Positions 62,970 to 64,000 of a stretch of DNA of 64,000 bases are shown here, piece by piece (within the stretch, counting starts at the first letter, position 1; each line of letters starts with the position of its first letter). A model generated the notes under the pieces. It made no database searches. It had not been told where the DNA came from and was given only the letters and a program-made list of their open reading frames with translations. Source of the stretch: an uncultured Nitrososphaerales archaeon (GTDB lineage Archaea > Thermoproteota > Nitrososphaeria > Nitrososphaerales > Nitrososphaeraceae); contig CAWJCY010000012.1 in the NCBI GenBank assembly GCA_963841565.1, forward strand, positions 294,612-358,611, read 5' to 3'. The translations under genes and the position numbers were made by a program.

Positions 62970-64000
62970 ATGCGAGTACTTCAACTTCATGCTGAATTCT
63001 TCGAGTACGAACCTGTTTCAAGAGAGATACAAGAAAAATACGCCGATCAGGACGTATCGCGAGAGACGGTTAGACTTCAAGACCTGGTCGTTATACTTGT
63101 AGCAGTAGAAGAGGGCGATGAATTAGCCATAGTCAGAGCTGCAGCGCAGGATATCAAAGAGTATATGCGAAGGATCAAGAACAATAAGCTACTAATTTAC
63201 CCCTATTCTCATTTGAGCTCGAATCTTGCATCGCCACAGCAAGCTTTAGAGATTATGAACTTAATGAAAGAAGAAACCATGAAAGAAGATATTGAAGTCA
63301 GGAGGGCACCTTTCGGATGGACGAAGTCATTTTCAGTGAAGGTCAAGGCTCATCCTTTAGCTGAAAATTTTAGAATCTATGATAAGAGCTCTATTACTAA
63401 GTATTCGGATAAAGAGGGTAGTTCCCTATCAAACACTACGCTCACTAATGCGGGTACTGCTATCTCTAGTGCGCTTAGCGCAGAAGATTCATTGCGATCA
63501 CAATGGTTTGTGATGAAACCAGACGGGGAAATGATACCCTTAAAGGAATATCAATATTCGAACAAGCAAATCAATCTTAAGAGTCTGATAAGATATGAGA
63601 TCGAGAAGAGGAGAACTGTCGATGAAACTCCACCTCACGTTAAATTAATGCGGAAATTAGGTATAACTGATTATGAACCGGCATCAGATTCGGGAAATAT
63701 GCGGTTTTATCCCAAAGGTCGTTTGATTAAGTCACTTATAGAACAGTACGTTACCAAAATGGTGAGGGACTACGGTGGAATAGAAATAGAAACCCCCATA
63801 ATGTATGATTCGAAACATCCATCACTGGAGAGTTACTTTAACCGATTTCCTGCTAGACAATACAACATCGCTACTGACCATGGGAAACATTATTTTCTTA
63901 GATTTGCAGCTTGTTTTGGCCAATTTTTGATGGCAAAAGACTTATTGATTTCTTACAAAAATCTACCTCTTCGACTTTATGAACTTACTAGATATAGTTT
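62970..64000 (+). CDS. thrS: threonyl-tRNA synthetase, archaeal type (runs off the window end)
   Basis: own translation: MRVLQLHAEF, IYPYSHLSSNLA, RAPFGWTKSF, AHPLAE, PPHVKLM, SDSGNMRFYPKG, LRFAACFGQF. Confidence 0.95.
   Translation, partial: MRVLQLHAEFFEYEPVSREIQEKYADQDVSRETVRLQDLVVILVAVEEGDELAIVRAAAQDIKEYMRRIKNNKLLIYPYSHLSSNLASPQQALEIMNLMKEETMKEDIEVRRAPFGWTKSFSVKVKAHPLAENFRIYDKSSITKYSDKEGSSLSNTTLTNAGTAISSALSAEDSLRSQWFVMKPDGEMIPLKEYQYSNKQINLKSLIRYEIEKRRTVDETPPHVKLMRKLGITDYEPASDSGNMRFYPKGRLIKSLIEQYVTKMVRDYGGIEIETPIMYDSKHPSLESYFNRFPARQYNIATDHGKHYFLRFAACFGQFLMAKDLLISYKNLPLRLYELTRYS

Overview
64-kb chromosomal window from an ammonia-oxidising archaeon, most likely soil Nitrososphaeraceae. This is inferred from archaeal-type Spt5, DtdA, Dph2, RFC-S, ThrRS, SRP RNA and aconitase X, plus many orphan receiver-domain, wHTH, PsbP-like and secreted hypothetical genes. 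It holds housekeeping genes (leuA/cimA, trxA, dtdA, spt5, rpl11, rfcS, nadE, uppP, bluB, dph2, ttuA-like, thrS partial), a MarR-MFS pair with a clear operator, and a phosphate cluster (ppx, sixA, HAD, AbrB-PhoU, phoU, pstBAC, no pstS) with 9-bp-periodic ATATAG repeats. tRNA-Val(GAC) borders a small accessory region carrying an att-like duplication and tandem palindromic repeats. The best candidate for an undescribed system is the 53-62 kb cluster: a truncated nucleotide-sugar dehydrogenase, two ATP-grasp ligases, a BshC-like protein, a PHP phosphatase and a discoidin/Ig-repeat surface protein. Seven genes are split by single-base insertions, all +1, which points to sequencing error. One gene has an in-frame TGA. 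All family calls come from motif recognition by eye; no database searches were run.
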